The position numbers were made by a program, and so were the translations under genes. Shown here piece after piece: positions 1 through 7,753 of a stretch of DNA of 64,000 nt (position 1 is the stretch's first letter; each line of letters starts with the position of its first letter). Below the pieces are notes generated by a model. It was given only the letters and a program-made list of their open reading frames with translations, had not been told where the DNA came from and did no database searches. The DNA comes from a virus (Duplodnaviria; Caudoviricetes), in the IMG/VR virus record IMGVR_UViG_3300032319_001071, positions 20,498 to 84,497 of that record; one strand, given 5' to 3'.

Positions 1-264
1 GGCACGCTGGCTCTGAAGCCAACGGTTCAATTTTTCCTGTTGAATGAACTTTGTATTCCGAGCGTGAGTAGCCTTGTGTCGCCAGCGCCCATATTCTTCT
101 TCGCTCCAGTTCATCTTCTTCTGGCGTTCGAAATCATTGAGTTGCTGACGAATCTTGTGCAAGTCCTGACGAAGTTCGAAAAGTCGATCCTGACACTCGG
201 CAATTGTCTGCGGCTCACGAAACTCTTCGGAAAATGCTTGCGGAAGTTGCTGTTGCTGGTTCAC
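1..264 (-). CDS. Hypothetical helical protein, runs off the left edge (partial)
   Basis: Not in the ORF track. GTG at 264 preceded by GAGGA; translates MNQQQQLPQAFSEEFREPQTIAECQDRLFELRQDL... and stays open to position 1. Confidence 0.7.
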   Translation of the reverse strand, partial: MNQQQQLPQAFSEEFREPQTIAECQDRLFELRQDLHKIRQQLNDFERQKKMNWSEEEYGRWRHKATHARNTKFIQQEKLNRWLQSQRA

Positions 265-268
265 TGGA

Positions 269-934
269 CTATCCTCGAGAGCGATTTTTAGTTTGTGGTC
301 GGCCCTGCCCAACATCCTGAACGTATTCACGACGCAATAACTCCTGTTTTTGCATCCGACAAAGCACCTCTCCCATCGCTATGGCGTCACAAACGTTTCC
401 ATTGATAAGTTCAGGTTTGTCTTGATATTTTGGTAAATCGTACCCTAGTCCTGAAAGAACTAGTTGCACCATTTCTTTTGTTGCTGACGGCCCCCCACAC
501 ATGATGGTTTTCACATGATTAGTGGAAAATTCTGCATAAGGGACGCCCATGGTTCCACATATGGCCATTGTGACATATCGCACGCCAATGAGAACTTCGA
601 GAGTGGCAATACTGGTCTTGAGGTTGCCTCGCATGAACGGATGACTTTCGAGAACAACCAAGTGAGGGCTGTGCGTGTTGATCATGTTTCGGACCCAACG
701 ATCATACGCAACAATTTTCGAGATTTGTGAAGCAGACTTGGATAACGTAAGGGACAATCCAATATCTATTTCGTTTTTCATGAAGGGAACATATTTCCCT
801 TCAATGAATAACGCAGCGCCGCTGTCGTTCAGAGCCTCGTCTACGCAGAGTATTTTTTGCAGGTCTTTCCAATCTCGATTGGGGACGGAAGGCAAAGAAA
901 TATCTGGCGTTGATGAACGACGAGACCTGCTCAT
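269..934 (-). CDS. ruvC: RuvC-like Holliday junction resolvase
   Basis: RNase H-fold RuvC motifs: ILCVDEAL..SG (catalytic D), LVVLES (E), NHVKTIMCGGPSATKEMV, NVCDAIA (D). Confidence 0.85.
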   Translation of the reverse strand: MSRSRRSSTPDISLPSVPNRDWKDLQKILCVDEALNDSGAALFIEGKYVPFMKNEIDIGLSLTLSKSASQISKIVAYDRWVRNMINTHSPHLVVLESHPFMRGNLKTSIATLEVLIGVRYVTMAICGTMGVPYAEFSTNHVKTIMCGGPSATKEMVQLVLSGLGYDLPKYQDKPELINGNVCDAIAMGEVLCRMQKQELLRREYVQDVGQGRPQTKNRSRG

Positions 935-1297
935 CTATTCGGATACTTTGGAGAGAATAATCCGTGAGCAGACTGATGGATGCATGGCGGATGATAGCGC
1001 AAAGTTTTTTACCTCTTCGACAGAGTAATGTTCGAGCAAATCCTTCCAGTCTTCTTCAAAAAATTTCTTTGAAAAATGACTGCCGGACTTTTCTGTAGCA
1101 TACACAATTTGCGCTGCTTTTGTTGCTCGTTGAAAGAGTTTCTGCGCTTCCTCGACGCTCAAGCCAGCAACGCCATTTCGTTTGTTTATCGATGAAGAAA
1201 TCGTTGATGATACAAGACAATCCATCTGTCGAATGGCGTCATCAACACTCATGGATGCTTCTTGAGGAGTATTTCGCATTGCGGCAAACATGTTCAT
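935..1297 (-). CDS. Hypothetical protein
   Basis: 120-aa ORF tightly packed between primase-helicase (1-nt overlap) and RuvC (abutting). Confidence 0.7.
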   Translation of the reverse strand: MNMFAAMRNTPQEASMSVDDAIRQMDCLVSSTISSSINKRNGVAGLSVEEAQKLFQRATKAAQIVYATEKSGSHFSKKFFEEDWKDLLEHYSVEEVKNFALSSAMHPSVCSRIILSKVSE

Positions 1298-3429
1298 TAC
1301 ATATCAGACCTATTTGACCGTAGTCCCCACATCTCAACTGACTCCCCCTCAACAGTACGAACCATGCGAGCAAGCGTGTACTGCTCCATTGAGCGCAATG
1401 TGTTCAGCAGTCCGGGTCCGGGTGAAACGTTGATTGCTTCCGCGATCTGTTCAATCGAAAGCGGACGGTTCTTTACCACATACTTGATGCGATCCTTCAG
1501 ACCGACCCCTCCTTCGCGAAGGGACTCTGCAGGGAGATCACCGGGATTCATCAGTTGCATTTGGAGCAAACTTGTCTCATCGCCCTCGTAAGGGAAATTG
1601 AAACGAATTGCAATAGGAGCATTCATGTTTCCTGCGTTGATTTTCTGATGAGTCATCAACACTTCTGCAGTACTGCTTCCCTCTTGCTGAATTTTTTTCA
1701 AGTGCCATGTAGAGCGCGACTGATTTTCCCACTGAACACCACCAAATGCGGTAGAAACCTCATCCTGAGCGCTGTTGCGATCATTCTTGGTGATATGAGC
1801 AAGAATTAGCGACCCCACACCCAACTGACTGATCCCTTGGAAAAACGCAACGATCTCATCGTTATCACTCGCGCGTCCACATGCAGGTGATGCCGAGTCG
1901 ATGATAATGTAGGTTATGCCTTCCTTGGCAATCAGGCGCTTGAGTTCATCAAGTTGCTTGCGAAGTGGGCGTCCGCCACAGTTGCGATACACGATATTGA
2001 CGCCACACCGCTCCTGATCCTGTGGGGAAATCAGCGTGTCAAGTCGCCGTGCGTGTTGTCCAACATCCCATTCCCAGTCAAGATACGCCACGTGATGTCG
2101 CGCAAGAGATGGGCCGAGACCAAGATCAAGACCTGTCTCCATTTGTACGGCAAGTGCAAGCGCAATATAGGATTTCATACCGCCGCCAGCAGAGAACCAA
2201 AGCGTTGGTTCCTTGGACAGCAACAGGGGTTTGTGGGCATATCCCATCTGCTGTGCCCGTGGCGCGTCACGCAAAAGAACCCAAGGGCTTCCTTGCGAGA
2301 ATTGACCAACGGTCAGACGTGCCATGTCTCCAACCATCTGCTTCCACGGAGGACCAAACATGCGCTTCTCCAATTCGGAGACAAGCGTCGAGATCATCCT
2401 GCTGTCCTTGAGTGCCACGTCAATCGGGCCATACAAGTACTTGGGAAGAGAAATGATGCCGTTGGTATGAACCTCAAGTTCCCCGACAACACCGTGCCGC
2501 TCGGAGTCCATGAGTTTCGAAAGCAGCATGTCGATGTTGAGGGAAGGCCACGTATATTTGTAGCCAATGCCGCTGGATGTCATCACAGGCGGATCAAGAA
2601 CACCGTGGTTTTTTGCCAGTTGCTGATAGGAACAGATGGAACGAACAACCGTCTTCAGTTCACGCATGCTGAACGGAGGCTGGCACCGTTCAGCCCAAGG
2701 CGTGATGATCTGCTCGATAATGTCCTTGCCGATGTTCCGGCCCCAGAAGTACCCCACAAGACGCGCTGCGTCCTCATTGCGTCGCCCTGAAGGCGATCCT
2801 GTGCTAATGAGTTCACTGACCCACTGGGGACGCTTTGTGTTGTCCGAGGGTGCTGCTTCATCTTCCTCTCGGACGCCCTCACCTCGCACCACCCAGCCCG
2901 GACAAGTGGCAAGTTCGACTTCGTGAAAGATGACGTAGGGAAGTTCGTCAATCTTGGACGGGCTGATGACGACATACCCGCCATCCGCCTTCACGTCAAC
3001 CTTGTGAAGGATTGGAAAACTCTTTACTTCAACGCCCTCTCCGGGGTGCTTGAAGAAAAGATGATGACCTCGAGGGGTCTTTTGCAAGAAGGTCTGGACA
3101 TTTGCCATTTCGGGATGATGCTTCTCGAGACTTTGCAATCCCTCCTCGCCATCAACATCTACGACAATGACTCCACTGATGCGGCCGCATACAACCGCCC
3201 AATTGCAGTCAGGATATTCCTTCAGCCACCTCGATACCTGATCGCGGGCGACGCGATTGTACTGATAGGTGTTCCATTTCAGGCGGACATCAAATGCAAC
3301 GCCGTCTGCCCCGGTACCTTGCGACACAACGACGGGGCGCTTGCCGTTTGGTTCGACCGGGAAGATGTTCCATCCCCGATCCAGATAAGACATCAGTGTG
3401 TCTTCTTTAGATAGCCCCACAAAAGTCAT
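1297..3429 (-). CDS. Bifunctional primase/polymerase (Prim-Pol) + PriCT-1 + RecA-fold (AAA_25-like) helicase
   Basis: GWNIFPV..NGKRP, NWAVVCG..SGVIVVDVD, KTPRGHHLFF, DVKADGGYVV (Prim-Pol); RRNEDAARLVG...CQPPFSMREL (PriCT-1); SAGGGMKS, YLDWE, IIIDS, LILAH (helicase). Start set at ATG 3429 after GGGAG. Confidence 0.9.
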   Translation of the reverse strand: MTFVGLSKEDTLMSYLDRGWNIFPVEPNGKRPVVVSQGTGADGVAFDVRLKWNTYQYNRVARDQVSRWLKEYPDCNWAVVCGRISGVIVVDVDGEEGLQSLEKHHPEMANVQTFLQKTPRGHHLFFKHPGEGVEVKSFPILHKVDVKADGGYVVISPSKIDELPYVIFHEVELATCPGWVVRGEGVREEDEAAPSDNTKRPQWVSELISTGSPSGRRNEDAARLVGYFWGRNIGKDIIEQIITPWAERCQPPFSMRELKTVVRSICSYQQLAKNHGVLDPPVMTSSGIGYKYTWPSLNIDMLLSKLMDSERHGVVGELEVHTNGIISLPKYLYGPIDVALKDSRMISTLVSELEKRMFGPPWKQMVGDMARLTVGQFSQGSPWVLLRDAPRAQQMGYAHKPLLLSKEPTLWFSAGGGMKSYIALALAVQMETGLDLGLGPSLARHHVAYLDWEWDVGQHARRLDTLISPQDQERCGVNIVYRNCGGRPLRKQLDELKRLIAKEGITYIIIDSASPACGRASDNDEIVAFFQGISQLGVGSLILAHITKNDRNSAQDEVSTAFGGVQWENQSRSTWHLKKIQQEGSSTAEVLMTHQKINAGNMNAPIAIRFNFPYEGDETSLLQMQLMNPGDLPAESLREGGVGLKDRIKYVVKNRPLSIEQIAEAINVSPGPGLLNTLRSMEQYTLARMVRTVEGESVEMWGLRSNRSDM

Positions 3430-3449
3430 AAGAATTCTCCCTAAAGGAA

Positions 3450-3472
3450 AGGGCACCGACCAGCGGTGCCCT
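3450..3472 (-). terminator. Probable intrinsic terminator between the DUF3150-like gene and primase
   Basis: 9-bp inverted repeat AGGGCACCG-N5-CGGTGCCCT; on the minus strand followed by TTCCTTT. Confidence 0.6.
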
Positions 3473-3497
3473 GCATTGAGGCGTAAAGCGGAGAAGG

Positions 3498-5084
3498 TTA
3501 GCGCGACCGGCGGACAACCGCCATGTCGTCTTCCTCGTCCTCAAACGGCACGGGAAGAGCATACGTGAGGAGAACTTGGCTGTCAAGTGCTTCAGCCTCG
3601 TCATCATCCGATTTGGTGACCCGAGAGACACGCTCCTGACCGCCAGAACGAACGGCAACGATGTCCTGCAAAATCTCCGCTGTATCCTGATCGGAATAGT
3701 GGGTGCGACGTGCCTCATGCCCGATAAGAGATTCGGCCTGCGTGCGGATGATGTTTACCGCACTGGCAATAATATTCGGCAATTCTGGCATGGATTCAGA
3801 AATCACCTTCTTCTTGCTTTTCTGTCCTGCAGACAGCGCAGAAAAGTGTTCGTTGATGTAGTTCTCAACTCGTTCTGCTTGCATCCGGATGGTCTCGAGG
3901 TCTTTCACCCCGGAACTCAAGGTCTTGATCATTTCTGACACCTTGAGCATGGAGTTGAGTTGCATTGCGCTGAGACTATTCTCATCGTCACGCATCAGGC
4001 CGAGACAATTGATGAATACCGACTCGCTGCGCTCAACGATGGCTTTGACGTAAGCCACGGTGAGTTCGTGAGACTGAGATTGACGAGTCTGCTCGACACG
4101 CTTAGCAATGCTTCGCAGCGCGAAACGCTCTTGAACCATTTCGCCAAATTCGTCCACATCATCTTCGAGTTCCATGATGCGGTTGCGCAACTCATCGCGT
4201 TCAGCCATGATCTTCCACGCATCTTCGTCTTCGTGCCACATCTTTCGCATTGTCTCGTCCGCCTTTACCCGTTCAGGCTTCGGTGCCCAATAGAACTTGG
4301 CTTCAACCGTATATTTACGGATGATGTCGTCCTTTGATGGCCATGCACGCATGACAACCTTCTGCCACCGACGCACCCATTCCAACGGAGGAATGATTTG
4401 TTCTGAATACTCACCATTGTCGCCAAGAACCTGACGGCTAATCTGCTCTGGCGCAGTCTTCTTCAGGCGATTGTAGACATCAAGCGCAATTTGAGAATAA
4501 TGCGCGATAGAGGAAGATTTGAGTCGATCATAATTTTCGACAATGATTTGTGCAGCGCCCAAATGAGTAAGGCGTGCCTTCTCGTACTCTTCGTTCCACT
4601 TTTCCCATGTCGAGAACGGAATAAACGTCGCACCGTTGAGCGGGATGCTCAGCCATGAAGAAAAAGAAGGATTGGCAATGCTCTTGTTTCCGCCTTCGTC
4701 GTACCGAGTAGGGAAAAGCATTCGAACTTTACGTTCTGTTACTTCAGGCATGGGAATGGTATAGCGGACACCGTCTTTCTCGTGCCACATTTCGTCCTTG
4801 GGCAAGAGCGATCCGCGCGATGATGAACGAAGGACGGCATCAATGGCCGTCATTACTTTGTCCTTGCGCTTGCTATCGGTTGCTACGAGGCCAAGGTCTG
4901 ACAACTTCAGGGCAAGGGCAAATCGCTCTGCGGTGACACGAACATTTGTCATGACCCCCGTTTCAAAAATCTTTGCCATATCAGACTGGACAATGGCCTT
5001 GGGGGTAGTGTCCAATCCAAGTTGAACACGAATTTCTTCGCCACGTTCCTGCACAAAGGAATCGGGGGTAATCGCGCTGGTCAT
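3498..5084 (-). CDS. DUF3150-like protein with helical/coiled-coil C-terminus
   Basis: Spacing of motifs VMTNVRV...LKLSDLGL, SRGSLLP, TFIPF...EYEKARL...IVENYD, AWPSKDDIIRKYTV resembles my recollection of DUF3150; no search run. Confidence 0.45.
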   Translation of the reverse strand: MTSAITPDSFVQERGEEIRVQLGLDTTPKAIVQSDMAKIFETGVMTNVRVTAERFALALKLSDLGLVATDSKRKDKVMTAIDAVLRSSSRGSLLPKDEMWHEKDGVRYTIPMPEVTERKVRMLFPTRYDEGGNKSIANPSFSSWLSIPLNGATFIPFSTWEKWNEEYEKARLTHLGAAQIIVENYDRLKSSSIAHYSQIALDVYNRLKKTAPEQISRQVLGDNGEYSEQIIPPLEWVRRWQKVVMRAWPSKDDIIRKYTVEAKFYWAPKPERVKADETMRKMWHEDEDAWKIMAERDELRNRIMELEDDVDEFGEMVQERFALRSIAKRVEQTRQSQSHELTVAYVKAIVERSESVFINCLGLMRDDENSLSAMQLNSMLKVSEMIKTLSSGVKDLETIRMQAERVENYINEHFSALSAGQKSKKKVISESMPELPNIIASAVNIIRTQAESLIGHEARRTHYSDQDTAEILQDIVAVRSGGQERVSRVTKSDDDEAEALDSQVLLTYALPVPFEDEEDDMAVVRRSR

Positions 5085-5124
5085 TTTTCGGGTCTCCGTT
5101 CTTCAATAAGTTTGGCGCAGGGGA

Positions 5125-5153
5125 ATGGTAGCGCATGACGGGCGGGTTGTCAA
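5125..5153 (-). promoter_or_regulatory. Sigma70-type promoter for the 5084 gene
   Basis: Minus strand TTGACA-17 nt-TACCAT with an upstream T-tract (UP-element-like), about 40 nt before the ATG at 5084. Confidence 0.8.
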
Positions 5154-5171
5154 GGATCGAAAAAAAATATC

Positions 5172-5300
5172 CTACGATGCCGGATTTAACTGGAGCAAAA
5201 AAACCCAAAGCGCATTCCACGCATACGCAACAATCAAGGCAGTGGTAACGAGCATAAGCAATTCGTATTTGTCTGGACCTGCGGGGTGATTTCCAAACAT
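5172..5300 (-). CDS. Small membrane peptide (42 aa)
   Basis: MFGNHPAGPDKYELLMLVTTALIVAYAWNALWVFLLQLNPAS*; one hydrophobic helix; starts 2 nt after the stop of the preceding small ORF. Below the ORF-track cutoff. Confidence 0.5.
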   Translation of the reverse strand: MFGNHPAGPDKYELLMLVTTALIVAYAWNALWVFLLQLNPAS

Positions 5301-5302
5301 TT

Positions 5303-5395
5303 TTATTGACCGGTAAATGTAGAATAAATCATGTAAAAAGCGAATAGCAATCCAAGAATATTGCCAAGGACCACAAGCAGTTCGGCGTCGCTCAT
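5303..5395 (-). CDS. Small membrane peptide (30 aa)
   Basis: MSDAELLVVLGNILGLLFAFYMIYSTFTGQ*; one hydrophobic helix; starts 5 nt after the stop of the 5401 gene. Confidence 0.5.
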   Translation of the reverse strand: MSDAELLVVLGNILGLLFAFYMIYSTFTGQ

Positions 5396-5400
5396 CTGCT

Positions 5401-5796
5401 TCATTCTTCCCCGTCCCATGGAATATAGCCAGATTGTTTTACTAATTCATTTTCCATTTCATAGACATTCTTCAGCATTTCATAGTACTTTCCATTGATA
5501 TAATCGATCATTTCACTACAACCTGCATAAAATATTTCCTTTGTTACCCCTTCGATAGGTCGTACATACTCATGAACTTGTGGAATGCGGTTCATTTCGT
5601 ACCAATCCCAATCCATTCCAAAAGCATTTGGCTTTTCGTCGAGCAAGTTTATCATGTACTTACCGATCTCGGTCGCCCACGCTTTGCGTAACTTTCCGTT
5701 GAGATACACACGAATGGGGTCGCCTTCTTTCTCGATTGAGACAGAAACGCCATATCCTGACATCCAATTCATTTTGTATGTTTTTTTTGGCATCAT
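5401..5796 (-). CDS. Hypothetical protein
   Basis: Likely start MMPKKT at 5796 after CAGGA; fits operon packing. Confidence 0.65.
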   Translation of the reverse strand: MMPKKTYKMNWMSGYGVSVSIEKEGDPIRVYLNGKLRKAWATEIGKYMINLLDEKPNAFGMDWDWYEMNRIPQVHEYVRPIEGVTKEIFYAGCSEMIDYINGKYYEMLKNVYEMENELVKQSGYIPWDGEE

Positions 5797-5816
5797 GGCG
5801 TTTGTTCCTGTGTGTA

Positions 5817-6137
5817 TTATTCTGCGAGATTTCGGTCTTGAACTCGCCACGGCACGGGGCGTCTCTGTTCGAGTTTGGACATTGGCAGGCTGATATAATC
5901 GATGATGTCCTGTCGTCTCAAATACATGATTTGACGGGATTGGCCGCCAACGCGCAAAGCCTGCAATCGTCCTTCAATAACTGCCTGTCGGAATGTGGTG
6001 CGGTTCACTCCGTACCTGTTCATTGCATCATACAAGGAAAGGAAGTCGTCAAGCGTCTCTCCGTCGAGCAGGGCGATACGTTTCCGTACATCTTCCGGAG
6101 ACCGTACAGGATTTTTTGTTGCATGTATACTTTTCAT
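5817..6137 (-). CDS. Excisionase-like helix-turn-helix DNA-binding protein (HTH_17/MerR-like)
   Basis: FLSLYDAMNRYGVNRTTFRQAVIEGRLQALRVGG...YLRRQDIIDYI matches the excisionase-type wHTH pattern. Confidence 0.75.
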   Translation of the reverse strand: MKSIHATKNPVRSPEDVRKRIALLDGETLDDFLSLYDAMNRYGVNRTTFRQAVIEGRLQALRVGGQSRQIMYLRRQDIIDYISLPMSKLEQRRPVPWRVQDRNLAE

Positions 6138-6160
6138 TGCAGCCTTATAAGGAGTTAGTT

Positions 6161-6586
6161 ATGAACAAACAGCAAAACCAAGTAGCGCAATTCATGAAAG
6201 CATTTGGACAAACTGTTCCGGGTGCATTTTCCCCGGAACAGTTTCCTGCAGAACTTCGCATTTCACTGATCAATGAAGAAGCAAGGGAGTTCTCAGAAGC
6301 AGTGAAGAATCAAGATTGGGTCGAAACAATTGATGCCATTTGCGATTTGCTGTACGTCACATATGGCGCTGCCGTTGCGCTGGGAATTGACATCGAACCC
6401 TTTTTTGATGAGGTGCATCGATCCAACATGTCCAAATTGGACGTGAATGGTCGGCCTATTCATCGGGCTGATGGCAAGGTCATCAAGTCGGATCGTTGGT
6501 CTCCACCAGCGATTGATCGGGTTCTGGAGATAGTTCCGATTGTGCCCCAGTATCGTTTTGAGAAAGCGACTGAAGCGTCTTCATAA
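6161..6586 (+). CDS. MazG-like all-alpha NTP pyrophosphohydrolase (PRA-PH / DR2231-like)
   Basis: LRISLINEEAREF...ETIDAICDLLYVTYG...FFDEVHRSNMSK motif; TAAGGAG RBS before ATG 6161. Only credible plus-strand gene. Confidence 0.9.
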   Translation: MNKQQNQVAQFMKAFGQTVPGAFSPEQFPAELRISLINEEAREFSEAVKNQDWVETIDAICDLLYVTYGAAVALGIDIEPFFDEVHRSNMSKLDVNGRPIHRADGKVIKSDRWSPPAIDRVLEIVPIVPQYRFEKATEASS

Positions 6587-7475
6587 AGAGACGGACTTGG
6601 GGGCTTGCTGTTTCCAGAGTTTCAGGCTGATGCTCCATCGCCCAGTAAATATAGCGACGGGCAATGTCCCGACGAACGCCTATTGATCCTGATTCTGCAA
6701 CTTCGTTGTCTCTCAAGGTCTCTTTGCGCCTCTTGATCACTGTTGCAGCGTCCTTGATGGACAGTTTGAACATCTTTCGAATTGCCCGAATGTCCTCTGG
6801 AGTCGGCCAATCTGCCGAAAGGGATTCTCCTTCAGGTTGAGGAAGAAAACCATTTGATACCAAGTGCTGTTGAAGTTCCAAAGAAATAGTGGCCATTCTG
6901 TCTGGGTGATTGGTTGCAACCCATTCACCCAGTTTGAAGATCATCTTTTGCAAAATTTCCGTATTCATTCCGACTGGAGTAATTTCATATTTTGCAAAAG
7001 TAGATTTTGCGACTGAGCATATTGCTGCACAGTCCTTAATGCTGACCATGCTCATAAAACGCAATTGCCGCAACTCCACTCCGGTTCCCCACTTACCATC
7101 AGCAAGGCGCTTGGTGGCGTTATTTCCATGCACAGTCTTGAGTGATGGCATGGATTCTTCGGTCATTCCTGACCCTAAATGAACCAACGCGCCAACGGTC
7201 GTTCCAAGATTTCCGCCAAAGTGAAGGGCGGAAATTGATTCTATTGTTTTGAAAAATGTTTCTGATATGCGAATTGTCACGGAAACAGTGTCAAGCATTG
7301 AATACGAATACGCATCTGCCTGTTGACGAATGCCTTTTTGCATCAATCCAAGAATAACGGGATTGATAGGCATTTTTGATTCCAAGATTTTTTTAACTAA
7401 AGATTTCTTCAGAAAGACACGAACTAATTTTGATTCACTTTGTATGTCGGAAACAGGGACAATTATTGTCTGCAT
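6483..7475 (-). CDS. Multidomain DNA-binding regulator (RHH-like N-terminus, two XRE-type HTH)
   Basis: TVSVTIRISETFFKTIE (RHH-like); ELRQLRFMSMVSIKDCAAICSVAKSTFAKYE and DIRAIRKMFKLSIKDAATVI (XRE HTH). Start set at ATG 7475, 1 nt after the upstream stop. Confidence 0.6.
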   Translation of the reverse strand: MQTIIVPVSDIQSESKLVRVFLKKSLVKKILESKMPINPVILGLMQKGIRQQADAYSYSMLDTVSVTIRISETFFKTIESISALHFGGNLGTTVGALVHLGSGMTEESMPSLKTVHGNNATKRLADGKWGTGVELRQLRFMSMVSIKDCAAICSVAKSTFAKYEITPVGMNTEILQKMIFKLGEWVATNHPDRMATISLELQQHLVSNGFLPQPEGESLSADWPTPEDIRAIRKMFKLSIKDAATVIKRRKETLRDNEVAESGSIGVRRDIARRYIYWAMEHQPETLETASPQVRLFMKTLQSLSQNDTGAQSELSPEPDQSLVETNDPT

Positions 7476-7476
7476 G

Positions 7477-7725
7477 TTATTTGTGGGAAGGGTGATGTTC
7501 TCGTATGAATACATCTGCGGAAATGGTGTATATTTTGTCGCCGTGCTGTTTGACAGTTTTGTTGACATTTTTCACATGTACCGATTTTTTATTGCTACTG
7601 ATTCCGACAATTCGCCGCTTGTGATTGAGATGTGTTTTCCGCGTTGTCATCCAGATTGATCCCACATAAAGATTGGGATACTCAATTGGATACTCCATGA
7701 CCTTGATCATTTTCTTGGACATCAA
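7477..7725 (-). CDS. Small basic hypothetical protein
   Basis: AAAGGA RBS before MSKKMIK; stop is 1 nt before the next start. Confidence 0.65.
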   Translation of the reverse strand: MMSKKMIKVMEYPIEYPNLYVGSIWMTTRKTHLNHKRRIVGISSNKKSVHVKNVNKTVKQHGDKIYTISADVFIREHHPSHK

Positions 7726-7753
7726 GATTTTCCTTTGAGAGGTGTGGGAGGTG

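Noticed and set aside
1954-2790. Long plus-strand ORFs (also 7742..8290, 9038..9838, 11286..12056, 37773..38582)
   Set aside because: Antisense shadows of well-supported minus-strand genes, with no recognisable motifs or RBS.
4981-5220. 79-aa minus-strand ORF from the track
   Set aside because: Overlaps the 5084 gene start and runs through its consensus promoter; two smaller coupled ORFs explain the region better.
5085-5400. tRNA or structured ncRNA in the largest apparent intergenic gap
   Set aside because: No cloverleaf or T-loop motif; the space is accounted for by a promoter and two small ORFs.
5817-6137. Integration/excision module
   Set aside because: The excisionase-like HTH has no integrase or att-like repeat in the window; such HTHs are common stand-alone regulators.
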